A stretch of 64,000 nucleotides of DNA from an uncultured virus (IMG/VR IMGVR_UViG_3300027963_000002) (IMGVR_UViG_3300027963_000002); one strand, 5' to 3'; positions 20,952 to 30,914 are shown, counted from the first letter of the stretch. Program-made: numbers and translations. The notes: generated by a model from the sequence alone, not told the origin.

Positions 20952-22514
20952 TTAGTTGCCTATTTCTTCCCTATACAAGCTAAGCAATATGCCGTGCCCT
21001 TCAACACGTTTTTCCAATTGCTTAAACATCCGCTTTTCGATTTCACTACCTTGTAAGTGTATCACGGTTACGTTGGTTGAATCTTGCCCAATCCTATCCG
21101 CTCTAGCAATACACTGCAAGTATGTTTCGACAGACATTACAGGCCCATAAAATATTACTGTATCTGCCGCAGTTAATGTTACACCATGTGATGCCGCCTG
21201 TGGTTGAATTACCAAAACCCTAGGCGCATCGGTGGTTTGAAAACGTTTAAATATATCGGTGCGTTTGTTAACTCCTACGTCACCATGAATGACTTCCGCT
21301 TGTACGTTGTGTTTTAAAAGAAAAGTGTGTATCGTTTCAATGCTATGCCTAAATGGCGCAAAGATTATAACCTTACGACTTGTTTCTTCTAACACTTCTA
21401 ACAACACGTTTAAGCGTGGGGCACAATCAAATTCAACTACCTCATGTTCATCTGTGTATGCCGCACCAGCGCTAATTTGAAGTAACTTACTAACACCAGC
21501 CGCCGCATTTACTGCGGTAATTGTTTCGCCTGCGGCTTGCACTAGCATGCGGTCTTTCAGCATCCTGTAATATTTAACTTGTTGTGGAGTTAAAGGTACT
21601 TCTCGTGTTTCTGTAAGTACAGGTGGTAAATCAGTACATTCTTCTTTTGTGTAACGTATTGCTGGTTGAAGAGCATCATATACTTCTTGTGCCGCACCTG
21701 ATTTTGGAACCCATTTAAATTTAGTAAGTTTGTTCATTACTTTGTCACGCCATGCAGTAGCAAATCTAGGTACACCTGATGGGTTAACAAGTTTAGCTAA
21801 ACCATACGCATCAACTGGCGATTGTGAAGCAGGGGTTCCAGTCATCATCCACAGCATAGTCTCAGGCTTAAGTATTTTGTTTAAAGATTTCCAGCGCTTA
21901 GTAGAAGCATTTTTGTATGCGTTTGCTTCATCAACAATAACTAAATCAAAGCGCCCATCATTAATAACTTCGTCAGCAATTAGATTTAAACCATCGTAAT
22001 TAACAACTACAAATTCATAGTCGCCTTGTACCATTTCAATACGTCTTGAGGCTTGCACATGGTGTGCGGCAATAACTGATCTGTGTATAACGCTTTTACT
22101 AATACTACTTATCCATGCGTCATGCATAATTGAAAGGGGGCACAAAATTAAACATCTTCTTATTTGCTTTAAATTCATTAAATAATCAGCCGCCCATAAT
22201 GCTGAAAATGTTTTGCCAGTTCCGGGGTCGTTAAATACAAACGCCCTGCGGTGCATTGTCAAGAAAGATGCAGTATCTTTTTGATGGGCAAACGGTTTAT
22301 GCCGTCCGGGCCAGTTGTAGCGAGCCGTTATGGGGGACTGCACATCTTTAACGCCTAGGTTGCGGAGCACACGCACTTCATCTAAACCCCAGTACACAGC
22401 TATTTCAAATGTGCCATTGTCTTCGCTAACAATTTTACTTCTTGGGATAATGCTGTACTTATGGGGTGATCTTGTTTTAAACAAGAGTGCTTTATTTTCT
22501 ATTATCTGCATCAT
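20952..22514 (-). CDS. SNF2-family helicase
   Basis: PGTGKT, VIVDEA, MTGTP, HGVTLTAA, QCIARADRIGQ. Confidence 0.9.
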   Translation of the reverse strand: MMQIIENKALLFKTRSPHKYSIIPRSKIVSEDNGTFEIAVYWGLDEVRVLRNLGVKDVQSPITARYNWPGRHKPFAHQKDTASFLTMHRRAFVFNDPGTGKTFSALWAADYLMNLKQIRRCLILCPLSIMHDAWISSISKSVIHRSVIAAHHVQASRRIEMVQGDYEFVVVNYDGLNLIADEVINDGRFDLVIVDEANAYKNASTKRWKSLNKILKPETMLWMMTGTPASQSPVDAYGLAKLVNPSGVPRFATAWRDKVMNKLTKFKWVPKSGAAQEVYDALQPAIRYTKEECTDLPPVLTETREVPLTPQQVKYYRMLKDRMLVQAAGETITAVNAAAGVSKLLQISAGAAYTDEHEVVEFDCAPRLNVLLEVLEETSRKVIIFAPFRHSIETIHTFLLKHNVQAEVIHGDVGVNKRTDIFKRFQTTDAPRVLVIQPQAASHGVTLTAADTVIFYGPVMSVETYLQCIARADRIGQDSTNVTVIHLQGSEIEKRMFKQLEKRVEGHGILLSLYREEIGN

Positions 22515-22810
22515 TCTATAATCCGATAAACAACTTTAAAACTATTAGCTAGTTCATGTTTTTCTAAATGCGCTGTGGCGAGCAAACGTATAGTAGCAAT
22601 ACGCCAAAACTTGTCTTCCGCAATAACTTCTTGGTCTACCCACGAATCTCTAAAGCGAGCAGTCCACATGTCCGCTACTGCTGATAACGGAACAGCCATA
22701 ATTTCTTCTTTTAAATTTTGTTCTGTTATGGCTGGCTGTACTGTTACTGTTTTACTTTTATTTCTTGTTGCTTCTATTGCTTTGGCATACGCTTCGTCTG
22801 TGATTGCCAT
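22511..22810 (-). CDS. Hypothetical protein
   Basis: 99-aa ORF in tightly packed operon. Confidence 0.6.
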   Translation of the reverse strand: MAITDEAYAKAIEATRNKSKTVTVQPAITEQNLKEEIMAVPLSAVADMWTARFRDSWVDQEVIAEDKFWRIATIRLLATAHLEKHELANSFKVVYRIIE

Positions 22811-22811
22811 T

Positions 22812-23081
22812 TTATTTTATAGCTCCTTTTGATGTACGTTTATATGAACGATTTGCATTATCATCTTTTACTCGTAGATTACTTCTAGTTGTTGTGCCAC
22901 CTTTACTTAGTGGTTGTTTGTGATCAACGTCTTTGCCATCACCTTTATGTACCAAACCTTCACGCTCAAGCATGCGCCTAGCTTTATTACGTTGGGCTCT
23001 TTTCTTTTTAATAAGTTCTGTACCGTCGTAAGCCGCATATTCGGCTTTGTAATCTCTTTTATATGATGGTGATGAAGGCAT
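22812..23081 (-). CDS. HNH endonuclease
   Basis: DVDHKQPLSKGG..SNLRV..NANRS. Confidence 0.8.
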   Translation of the reverse strand: MPSSPSYKRDYKAEYAAYDGTELIKKKRAQRNKARRMLEREGLVHKGDGKDVDHKQPLSKGGTTTRSNLRVKDDNANRSYKRTSKGAIK

Positions 23082-23089
23082 ACTATTCC

Positions 23090-23755
23090 TTAGTGTTTGG
23101 GGTTAAATTCACAGGTCTTGACTTGGCACCATCCACATAGGGGAGTGCTGGTTGGATTCCATACGTTATTGTCGTACGAAGCGGCTAATTTGCCTACTCT
23201 TTCTCGGTACTGCAACCAAAAGAATTCTTTCTGATCTACGGTCATCATTTGTTTAACCATGCTACCTTTAACAACAAAGAGCAAAGCCGAACTAACTTGG
23301 CGTACGTGGGGGAAGTGGGCAAACACCATCAAAGACATAAGGGTTAACTGGTCTCTGTCAGGGTATTTATCTTTGCCTGTCTTGTAGTCTACAACCCTAG
23401 CTTTTAAGCCATCATCGTCGATGATTAACAAGTCTGCAATGCCACGACACCATACATCGGAATCATTAAAGTCACAAGGTGTTAGGTCTTCTTTAATGCC
23501 CATCTTGTGCTCGGTTAGCTTGCGCCCCTTCTTCTTTAGTAATTCGTTAAGCGTTGGCACAATGAAATCAAACTCAGGGGGTACAGGCGTGCCGTCCTTA
23601 ACATAAAGTTCAGCCGCTTCATGGACTTGTTTACCATATATGGTATGTACTGTATCCGTAAAGGGATAATTCTTAAGAACTTTAATCTCATGGAAACGTC
23701 TTGCACAACCTTCAAAATCTTTAAGTCCTGAGTGACTCCATTTAACCTTGGGCAT
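23090..23755 (-). CDS. PD-(D/E)XK Cas4-like exonuclease
   Basis: WSHS..F..C, RGIADL, VVDYKTG, QL, LCGWC..C. Confidence 0.85.
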   Translation of the reverse strand: MPKVKWSHSGLKDFEGCARRFHEIKVLKNYPFTDTVHTIYGKQVHEAAELYVKDGTPVPPEFDFIVPTLNELLKKKGRKLTEHKMGIKEDLTPCDFNDSDVWCRGIADLLIIDDDGLKARVVDYKTGKDKYPDRDQLTLMSLMVFAHFPHVRQVSSALLFVVKGSMVKQMMTVDQKEFFWLQYRERVGKLAASYDNNVWNPTSTPLCGWCQVKTCEFNPKH

Positions 23756-23760
23756 CTTTA

Positions 23761-24048
23761 TTAAAACCTCGCAGTTTTTACAGCTTGATCTAGCCTATCC
23801 GAGAAAGCACTTACAAACTTCTCGTTAAACGCTAGATTGTTATCCATATCGTGCAGAATGGCGTGGGTTAATTCATGCCAAAAGGTATTGGCTTGTTCCG
23901 TGCTTGTGTACTTATAATGTGAACCGTTTCGTGCTATTTCTATTAGCTTAGCGTCGTAATTAATTTGACCACGACAGCCTTTAAGCGTATCTACTTTAAC
24001 TACTGCTATTTGTTTTTTTCCAACCTTAACTTGCTTTGGTATCTTCAC
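23761..24048 (-). CDS. Small HExxH metallopeptidase-like protein
   Basis: TFWHELTHAIL..NEKFV. Confidence 0.65.
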   Translation of the reverse strand: MKIPKQVKVGKKQIAVVKVDTLKGCRGQINYDAKLIEIARNGSHYKYTSTEQANTFWHELTHAILHDMDNNLAFNEKFVSAFSDRLDQAVKTARF

Positions 24049-26021
24049 TTTGCTTCTCCGTATCGTTTGTGTGCGTCTGCTTCTGCATCTAGGGGTATAC
24101 CCTGCATATACTGTGGATCTTTAATCATCTGCTCTAGAACCCATTGTGTAGCTTCGACGGCTTCATCTTCAGGAACTAGTACTACAACCTCGTCGTGCAC
24201 GGTTAATACACAGGAATACCTCTTTTGTATTCTCAGCATACCGTCCGTCATAACGCATCTTGCTACCGCCTGTACTACGTTTTCTACTATCTTACCACCA
24301 TACAAACGCTTACTATCGTCGCCATAAAGCCACTGGATTCGTCCTTTTTCATCGGATTCGCCTCTCAGTCTTGGGTACTTTAATGCCAACCCACTAGGTA
24401 ATATTATAGCTTCTTTTGTAAATGTCAAGCATTTGTGCGTGTACTCCTTGCCGTTGACTAAGCTATGGATTATTAGGCCACTGCACTTATTCCATAACTC
24501 AACTACTGGATTAGCCGCTTCCCTATACTTATCAATAATCTTCTTTGCCGCCATGCAATGAATTAGTAGTTCTTTATCAGAACAAGTGTGAGGTATGCTG
24601 GTCATCAATTCTACGTTGCGATTCCAACCAAGGAAGTCATTAACGTCTTGTGCATTTACACCAAGCTGTTTAGCAAAAGCCTTATCGTATAGCGTAGGTG
24701 GCGCACCAAGGAAACCAGTTAGTAACTGAGCCGCAAAGCTAGCCCAACCCATACCATAGCCACAACCTAATAGCGCTGACTTAGCTGACTGACGTAGCTC
24801 AGGGTGGGATTCTTTTGTTAGGTATGTAATGCCGAACATCGACGCTCCAAAAGCCGCATACGCATCTTGCCCCGCTCTGAAAATGGAAAGGAGGGCTTTG
24901 TAGTCTGACAGATACGCGAGTACCCTTGGTTCAATCTGTGCAAGATCGCAGACAACGAGCGTGTAGCCATTCGGGGCGTGTATGCTTTTACGTAAGAACG
25001 ACCCTCGTTTGAGATTTTGTAAATTGAGCCCCGAACCCTTGGATGCCGACCAACGACCTGTGTGGGCTCCGTAATAATTGAGTGGGACAGGTAACGTACC
25101 TCGTTGCGATATATCAAGAAATCTTTGCGCTCTTGTGCGTTCCAGCGTAGATTTAACTTTGAGGCGTGCCTCGCAAATAAGGGCAATATCTTCGTTAGAA
25201 CTATTAAGCAACGCTTGGAAGAGTGCGTCATTTTTAGCGAATGCAAAAGCTTCTTTCCCAGTCGTCTTGCTAATTTTCTTCGGCGGTATAACGCCAAGTG
25301 TTTCAAGAACTCCAGCAAATTTATCGTTGCTAGCCAATGCCTTTTCTTCAATGCCAACCTTTTGAAGCACCGCCTCCCTCTTTGTGCGCTCATCGTCGAT
25401 CGCTTCACTTAACATTTCTCCGTCTAGTTCTAATACAGGGTTAGTAAACATCCTGAGCGTCATATCAATTAGCTTAAGTTCTTTTAATGGATAGCCGCCC
25501 TCAACCTCAAGCATAAGGTATTGAAATATACTTTCGCATAGCACAACGTCGTGTGCACAATACTCAGCAAGTTCTTGTTCTGTTTCATACGTTATGTGTT
25601 CTAGCCCGTTGGTACTATTAACTGCCTTACCTTTGGGTGGTAGCTTGTAGTCTTCTGCTAACTTCATTAAGCTGTTACCTACTTCTACACCACGTAATGC
25701 CCTAGCCATACTAAGGGAATCAAATATAAAACAAGGATTAGCTCCATACACCCAAGACAATATGGCAATATCAAACTGGGCATTATGCGCTAGCACCGCC
25801 GTCCGACTCCAATCAACTGAGCTAACCCAATTTGCTATATCGTCGCATGATACCCATACAGGCTCCATAGGTTGGTCAAGATACTTATAGCACAACCCAA
25901 ACGCTTTAAACCTAGGGTCACGGATATACTGCTCAGTTGTCATTTTTGATAGCGTGTACTCCTTGCTATCCCAACGTGTTTCAAAATCAATAACTACTAC
26001 GTCATCAAAAGGTACGCTCAA
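24045..26021 (-). CDS. polA: Family A DNA polymerase with 3'-5' exonuclease
   Basis: IDFET exo I; HTGRWS; DLAQIEPR motif A; KSALLGCGYG motif B; VHDEV motif C. Confidence 0.93.
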   Translation of the reverse strand: MSVPFDDVVVIDFETRWDSKEYTLSKMTTEQYIRDPRFKAFGLCYKYLDQPMEPVWVSCDDIANWVSSVDWSRTAVLAHNAQFDIAILSWVYGANPCFIFDSLSMARALRGVEVGNSLMKLAEDYKLPPKGKAVNSTNGLEHITYETEQELAEYCAHDVVLCESIFQYLMLEVEGGYPLKELKLIDMTLRMFTNPVLELDGEMLSEAIDDERTKREAVLQKVGIEEKALASNDKFAGVLETLGVIPPKKISKTTGKEAFAFAKNDALFQALLNSSNEDIALICEARLKVKSTLERTRAQRFLDISQRGTLPVPLNYYGAHTGRWSASKGSGLNLQNLKRGSFLRKSIHAPNGYTLVVCDLAQIEPRVLAYLSDYKALLSIFRAGQDAYAAFGASMFGITYLTKESHPELRQSAKSALLGCGYGMGWASFAAQLLTGFLGAPPTLYDKAFAKQLGVNAQDVNDFLGWNRNVELMTSIPHTCSDKELLIHCMAAKKIIDKYREAANPVVELWNKCSGLIIHSLVNGKEYTHKCLTFTKEAIILPSGLALKYPRLRGESDEKGRIQWLYGDDSKRLYGGKIVENVVQAVARCVMTDGMLRIQKRYSCVLTVHDEVVVLVPEDEAVEATQWVLEQMIKDPQYMQGIPLDAEADAHKRYGEAK

Positions 26022-26182
26022 AATGGCGCCTCCTCAAATTTATAGAAAAAGGGTTCTTGCTCGGGCGTACGAAAGAAGCTGTAGCGCCAGTTAGGTTTGT
26101 TAGATATAAGTTGCTTAGCTTCCTCTAACCAGCGAACCACACGCATTTTTTCGTTATCTTCGTTGTATATTGAATAAGGCAT
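26018..26182 (-). CDS. Hypothetical protein (54 aa, not in ORF track)
   Basis: MPYSIYNEDNEKMRVV..FEEAPF*, coupled to both neighbours. Confidence 0.5.
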   Translation of the reverse strand: MPYSIYNEDNEKMRVVRWLEEAKQLISNKPNWRYSFFRTPEQEPFFYKFEEAPF

Positions 26183-26973
26183 TAAGCGCTCCGTGGTAAG
26201 GTGCCGCTGAAGTTGTATGAACCCGTATGACTAAAGCTAGCCCAAGGCGCACAGAAAACTTTAAATCCAGCCATCCTTGAAATCTTGCAGAAGTGGTAGT
26301 CCTCTGACAACAGGCGGTTAGATTCTTCATCAATGCTGGTAGCAAAGAATTCTTTAATGATCTTAACCTTACGTACAACATCAACTGCGTGGTACATATC
26401 GTTGGTATAGCTTGGTACTTTATCAGCTAGGTGCTCAAAGACCTTGCGCTTAATCAGCATAAAGCCTGTGCCGCCGTTAGCAATTTCAATAGGCTCATTA
26501 ACGTTGCCTGTAGTCTGACTCTCACCATGCGCTAGGTTAAGAACAAATGCGCCAGTATGAAGATGTAGTTGGTCGGGTGGTACTCCAGCTTTTACGGATT
26601 CGGCTACTTGCACCCAGTTAATTTCTTTCTTAGGATACAAGCCACAGATAATGTCCTTGTCTGCCGCAATCATGCGTGGAATATCAGCGGGGTTAAAAGC
26701 TATATCCGCATCGATAAACATTAGGTGAGTGGCATCGGATTCCATAAAGTCGTAAGCCATCGAGTTTCTAGCACGGGTAATCAACGACTCGTTCATCATA
26801 AAAGAGTAGTACATTTGAATGTTGTTCTGTCCACAAACGCCTACCATCTGCATTACGGCAGAAGAATACATGCCTGTACACATACCACCATACATCGGGG
26901 TAGCTACAAACAACTTAGTCTGTTGTGGTGGCTTTTGTACTTGTATCATTTGTGGTTTCTTTTTAAAGCTCAT
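26182..26973 (-). CDS. GT-A fold glycosyltransferase-like protein
   Basis: LFVATPMYGG, ESLITRARN, LMFIDAD (DxD), GTGFMLIKR, SEDYHFC. Confidence 0.75.
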   Translation of the reverse strand: MSFKKKPQMIQVQKPPQQTKLFVATPMYGGMCTGMYSSAVMQMVGVCGQNNIQMYYSFMMNESLITRARNSMAYDFMESDATHLMFIDADIAFNPADIPRMIAADKDIICGLYPKKEINWVQVAESVKAGVPPDQLHLHTGAFVLNLAHGESQTTGNVNEPIEIANGGTGFMLIKRKVFEHLADKVPSYTNDMYHAVDVVRKVKIIKEFFATSIDEESNRLLSEDYHFCKISRMAGFKVFCAPWASFSHTGSYNFSGTLPRSA

Positions 26974-27122
26974 TTCTTTTCTCCAATAGCGTTATAAACT
27001 TGTGCTGATACTTTTAATACGTAGGCAATATCGTTAGGACTTAATTGACCTAATAGTTGTAATATCTTCATTACTGCAACATCATTATCCAAAGGCTGTG
27101 CCTTAACTAAACTCTCAATCAT
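26970..27122 (-). CDS. Hypothetical protein (50 aa, not in ORF track)
   Basis: MIESLVKAQPLDNDVAVMKILQLLGQLSP..; ATGA overlaps at both ends. Confidence 0.5.
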   Translation of the reverse strand: MIESLVKAQPLDNDVAVMKILQLLGQLSPNDIAYVLKVSAQVYNAIGEKK

Positions 27123-27844
27123 TTCTTTCTCCAAGGTAAAGGCTCACCATAAGATTTTTTTATGGCTTCATTACCCTCTGCAAACATCTTAAGTAGTCTT
27201 TCGGGCGCTCGGTAATTAACCGTAGCCTCTCCTGTGCATCCGAAGGCAGGCAAGCCTGTGCTGGCAGCTTTATAGAAGGGACGGTCTGCGCCCCACTGAC
27301 CATAAAAACTGTGCGCCACAGTAACCAAGAATTCACGCCGAAAGCAATAACAATTAGTATCAACAAAATTGAGAGAATGGTCATAAAACGTCGGGTAGCG
27401 ACCGAGTGATTCGCAATCATCGTCACAAACATATTGTCCTGATTCATCGCAGATTCTCCTTAAACTATAAGCCCACATTAGGTCTTTACTTTTGATCTTG
27501 TTAATCATTGTTTCTACATGGTTAGGCTCGAACCAATTATCTTCGTCTAAAAACAGAATATAGTCGGCATTAACCATTAGCGGCATAGCTGCATAAACTC
27601 GGTGCCCATACCAGCCATTACCCCCTACGTTTTCTGGTAAAGGAATAAACTGTAACGGGTTATCGTAGTTGGGGCTGATTTTATTTAAAAGCATATTGGC
27701 AAAGCGGGTGTATATATCCCCGTTTCCGTCTACCACAACTAAATGCTCAGTCTTGATAGTTTGGTTCCGCACACTTTCTATTGCCTTCAATAGCGTATTT
27801 TTCCCAGTAGTCGGGGTGATTACCATAACCCTAGACATTCCCAA
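27119..27844 (-). CDS. Glycosyltransferase family 2
   Basis: VITPT..AIESVRNQT..VVVDG; YILFLDEDN; WGADR. Confidence 0.85.
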   Translation of the reverse strand: MGMSRVMVITPTTGKNTLLKAIESVRNQTIKTEHLVVVDGNGDIYTRFANMLLNKISPNYDNPLQFIPLPENVGGNGWYGHRVYAAMPLMVNADYILFLDEDNWFEPNHVETMINKIKSKDLMWAYSLRRICDESGQYVCDDDCESLGRYPTFYDHSLNFVDTNCYCFRREFLVTVAHSFYGQWGADRPFYKAASTGLPAFGCTGEATVNYRAPERLLKMFAEGNEAIKKSYGEPLPWRKK

Positions 27845-28082
27845 TCTCCCGCTCTTTAATCATGGCATCGGCTAACTCGTAAGCACGTTTAGCGGCAATC
27901 TCGTCCCATGTTTTATTGGTCAAATCAAACTTCCAGTCAGCCGCAATAATGCCAGCCATAATTGATTTAGCAAATTCGTCCCGCAATCTTGTTCTCATGT
28001 ACCCTGCTTCAATTTCTGCTCTTTCTAAGGCAGTTTGATATCGTAACTCAAGGTCTGCATCTATTGGTTTCTTAGTTGCCAT
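27831..28082 (-). CDS. Hypothetical protein
   Basis: LRDEFA...AYELADAMIKER motif common in small phage proteins. Confidence 0.6.
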   Translation of the reverse strand: MATKKPIDADLELRYQTALERAEIEAGYMRTRLRDEFAKSIMAGIIAADWKFDLTNKTWDEIAAKRAYELADAMIKEREIGNV

Positions 28083-28800
28083 ACCACTCCTTTGGTAGTT
28101 TTAATTCAGGCATATCTAATACGTTACGGGCATCTAGTGGGTGGGGTAAATCTTCTACAAAACCAAGCGCCTCACTTCTGTCTTTACGTAATAGGGTTAA
28201 TTCAAATACCCGTGGCAAATGAATGTCACCAGCCACTACACTTCCACAGTTATTGTTAGGATGGTTGTGCACCACATGAAAGTCTTCGGTTAACTTAGCA
28301 AAGAATGTAGCTACGGTGTTCCAAGCAATTGGATTAAACCACGCATCGGTGTCGTGAATCTCTACACAGATAATCCTAAACTTTTTTAATACACATAGCG
28401 GGGTGGCTATGATAGTTGCATATTCGGCGCCTTCAATATCCATTTGAAGAATCAAGTCCTCACCAAACTGATACGCATCTGTTCCCAATACCCAAGAAAA
28501 TAAAGTTATGTTGTTCTCATCGTTGTATCCGTCTAGATACTTTTTAGTAAACGATAGTGGTGTAATGCCTTTAGGAGCGCCGTCAACAGATCCGTCTGCA
28601 AGGTGTGACCCAATACCCCTACAACACAATCCCACTTCAAAGCTAGCCGTATCAGCAACCCCGGGCGAGAAGCAAGCCGCTATACCATCTAAATCGTCAG
28701 GTATAAGGTATCCACCGTCATTAGCGCCGCCTACCCGTATGAGCTTAAACTTTGTTTGCACAGGGCGTAGTGCTTTAATTAGTTCTTTTAGTTCGTTCAT
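28072..28800 (-). CDS. FkbM-like SAM-dependent methyltransferase
   Basis: RVGGANDGGY, LILQMDIEGAEY, CVEIH, HNHPNN; start taken at MNELKE. Confidence 0.75.
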   Translation of the reverse strand: MNELKELIKALRPVQTKFKLIRVGGANDGGYLIPDDLDGIAACFSPGVADTASFEVGLCCRGIGSHLADGSVDGAPKGITPLSFTKKYLDGYNDENNITLFSWVLGTDAYQFGEDLILQMDIEGAEYATIIATPLCVLKKFRIICVEIHDTDAWFNPIAWNTVATFFAKLTEDFHVVHNHPNNNCGSVVAGDIHLPRVFELTLLRKDRSEALGFVEDLPHPLDARNVLDMPELKLPKEWYGN

Positions 28801-29672
28801 ATCTTCCTCACGTTGTCGCACGATTTACATATACTGCACTTATTAAACTCAGGCTTCTCGTTCATAGCAATAAGATCGAGTAAGGGTTTACTTGTAAATA
28901 TCTCATCATAAGTTTGGGTTAATAAGTTACCTATAACGTGTTTTAGGTTGTAGTCCATACAGCACAGCACTACATCACCATTGGGTAATAAAACGTTGCG
29001 ATCATAGAATGGTGTAGAGGCACAGGTTAAGGCAAAGGCATGGCGTGGGGTAACGCTTAATGCTTGGTCGCCTACTTGTTCTACGTTAAGGCTATCTGCT
29101 CTTGTATGACCTTTCCAACCAGCTAAGTCACCAATCATGTCTTGAAGATCCGCATGAACCTTACCTGAACCATCCATAGTCATGGCGTTAAACCCACAAG
29201 GTAATTCAAGCTGGGTCATTATCTTTAGCGACTCTACCCACTCATCGGAATACTTCCAGCCCTTCATGTTGCCGTTGGAATCGGGCAAATGAAACATAAT
29301 TACTTCTACTTGTTTAGGGTGGTCTTCTAGTAACTTCTTAACCTTGCGAGCATCTTCATTAGTCATACCATACAAAGTTGTATATATCGCTACATTAAAG
29401 CCCATGTATATAACTTCTTCTAACATAGTCGTGCAATCGGGGTTAGCCCAAGGTTCCGACATTCCTGAGAAATCAATTCGGGTATTGCGTGGTAGCTTAC
29501 ACAACACAGTTACCAAATCCATCGGTTGCATATACTTAGTTTTATCGCCGTAGTTATTCCGCAAATTTTCCTGCGGGCAAAAGCTACACATGAGCGGACA
29601 CCCTACCATCGTAGTCAACTCCATTACAGGCGAGTGTGGGTGCTGTATGCCGTACTTGCCTCTCATTAGCAA
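28797..29672 (-). CDS. Radical SAM protein with SPASM/twitch domain
   Basis: CPLMCSFC (CxxxCxxC); GMSEP; PNGDVVLCCMD..IGNL..CKSC. Confidence 0.85.
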   Translation of the reverse strand: MLMRGKYGIQHPHSPVMELTTMVGCPLMCSFCPQENLRNNYGDKTKYMQPMDLVTVLCKLPRNTRIDFSGMSEPWANPDCTTMLEEVIYMGFNVAIYTTLYGMTNEDARKVKKLLEDHPKQVEVIMFHLPDSNGNMKGWKYSDEWVESLKIMTQLELPCGFNAMTMDGSGKVHADLQDMIGDLAGWKGHTRADSLNVEQVGDQALSVTPRHAFALTCASTPFYDRNVLLPNGDVVLCCMDYNLKHVIGNLLTQTYDEIFTSKPLLDLIAMNEKPEFNKCSICKSCDNVRKI

Positions 29673-29878
29673 CGTCCGTCCATATCTAAATCTTTTACTA
29701 ATTCTCTTATTCGTTTAGGCTGTTTCTTTGCAAGCGACTCTGACATACCCAATGCTTTACTTAAAACGGATACAAACCCCTCACCTATTAACCAGTCCTT
29801 AGCTTCTTTATCTAGATCAAGCTCGCAAATAGCTGAACCGTCTTTTCTTTCTTTACGTAGTTTAGTTATTATTTTCAT
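29666..29878 (-). CDS. Hypothetical protein
   Basis: 70-aa coupled ORF. Confidence 0.55.
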   Translation of the reverse strand: MKIITKLRKERKDGSAICELDLDKEAKDWLIGEGFVSVLSKALGMSESLAKKQPKRIRELVKDLDMDGRC

Positions 29879-30729
29879 GTAATGCTCCTCACAAATTGAA
29901 TTGCGCCAGCTAAACTTGGCGCTTGGTTAAGTAATGGTTGTTCATACATCTCTTTATATAAACCAAATTCTCTATCGAACCAGCTTATATCGTGCAAAAA
30001 TATTTCTGTTCTTTTAAAATCTTGGTAGTTAATAAATGCTTTTCTATTAAAGTCGTCGTTAACCGATATGTCACCGCTATACAATGGCACAGTAAGTCCA
30101 GCGTATGCATCAATTAACTTCTCTGTAACGTATCCGTCATAGATTGAATTCTCAGGGCATAGGCAGAACTTATACTCAGGAAGTATGTCGAACTTAGATT
30201 TGCGTAGTGAGTTACCAAACATCAACCCATAGCCATCTACTTGCTTGTATTGCGAAAGGGTATTAAACAAATTAACCCGTAGCCCTTCAGGATTGCCAGC
30301 AATCATGGCACAGAACTTATTCTTAATACTCATGTCCAGCTTACGTGCTTGTGTAAGACTTTTAATGTCAAGCAGTTGTTCATATCCATGATTGTGGGCA
30401 TTAGGTTTTCTAAGCTTTTGTTTAAACCCATCCCATGCTAAGCGGCTCCACCATAAAGGCAAACGAAAATTACGCCCACCATAATTATCGTAGTCAAAAG
30501 AAAGAGAGTGACCGTAGTTAATAAAGTTTGGGCGAACATTCTCACCGATATACATAATCGTTTTCTTAGGGTCAGTTTGTGTATGACCAAAGACTGAGCT
30601 AATAACCACATCAGCTTCGTGTGGGTTAAGCACATAGTCAATACCGTCAAAGGCTGTGCGAAAGAAGAAGTCAAAGAAGTCCCCATCAAACGCACCATCC
30701 CAAAAATTAACGACGCATACCTTTTTCAT
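29875..30729 (-). CDS. GT10 alpha-1,3/4-fucosyltransferase-like protein
   Basis: YIGENVRP; YKFCLCPENSIYDGYVTEKLIDAY..TVPLYSG. Confidence 0.85.
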   Translation of the reverse strand: MKKVCVVNFWDGAFDGDFFDFFFRTAFDGIDYVLNPHEADVVISSVFGHTQTDPKKTIMYIGENVRPNFINYGHSLSFDYDNYGGRNFRLPLWWSRLAWDGFKQKLRKPNAHNHGYEQLLDIKSLTQARKLDMSIKNKFCAMIAGNPEGLRVNLFNTLSQYKQVDGYGLMFGNSLRKSKFDILPEYKFCLCPENSIYDGYVTEKLIDAYAGLTVPLYSGDISVNDDFNRKAFINYQDFKRTEIFLHDISWFDREFGLYKEMYEQPLLNQAPSLAGAIQFVRSIT

Positions 30730-30914
30730 GTCTTCACATATTTTTGTAGTCGTGCTATGCGTTGATGTAAATAATTTACTTGTGCTTCGTAGTATTCCAT
30801 ATGTGTTTGTGAGCGCAACAGTTCTCTGCGTGCTTCTTCTAGTTCTGTAATGGCTAACTCATGACTAGGCGCTGGTCCAAAAACTGAGTTGTATAGTCTG
30901 TTAAGGTATTTCAT
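30726..30914 (-). CDS. Hypothetical coiled-coil protein
   Basis: 62-aa coupled ORF. Confidence 0.55.
   Translation of the reverse strand: MKYLNRLYNSVFGPAPSHELAITELEEARRELLRSQTHMEYYEAQVNYLHQRIARLQKYVKT

Noticed and set aside
24818..25408. 196-aa alternate-frame ORF inside polA, and other nested or antisense ORFs in the track (e.g. 43551..43940, 52850..53203, 63019..63273)
   Set aside because: Shadow frames of well-supported genes or non-coding elements, with no RBS or motifs
26182..30729. Firm call as a DNA hypermodification locus
   Set aside because: No hydroxymethylase, TET/JBP, kinase or deazaguanine genes seen, and continued restriction-site avoidance argues against heavily modified DNA; remains a minor alternative
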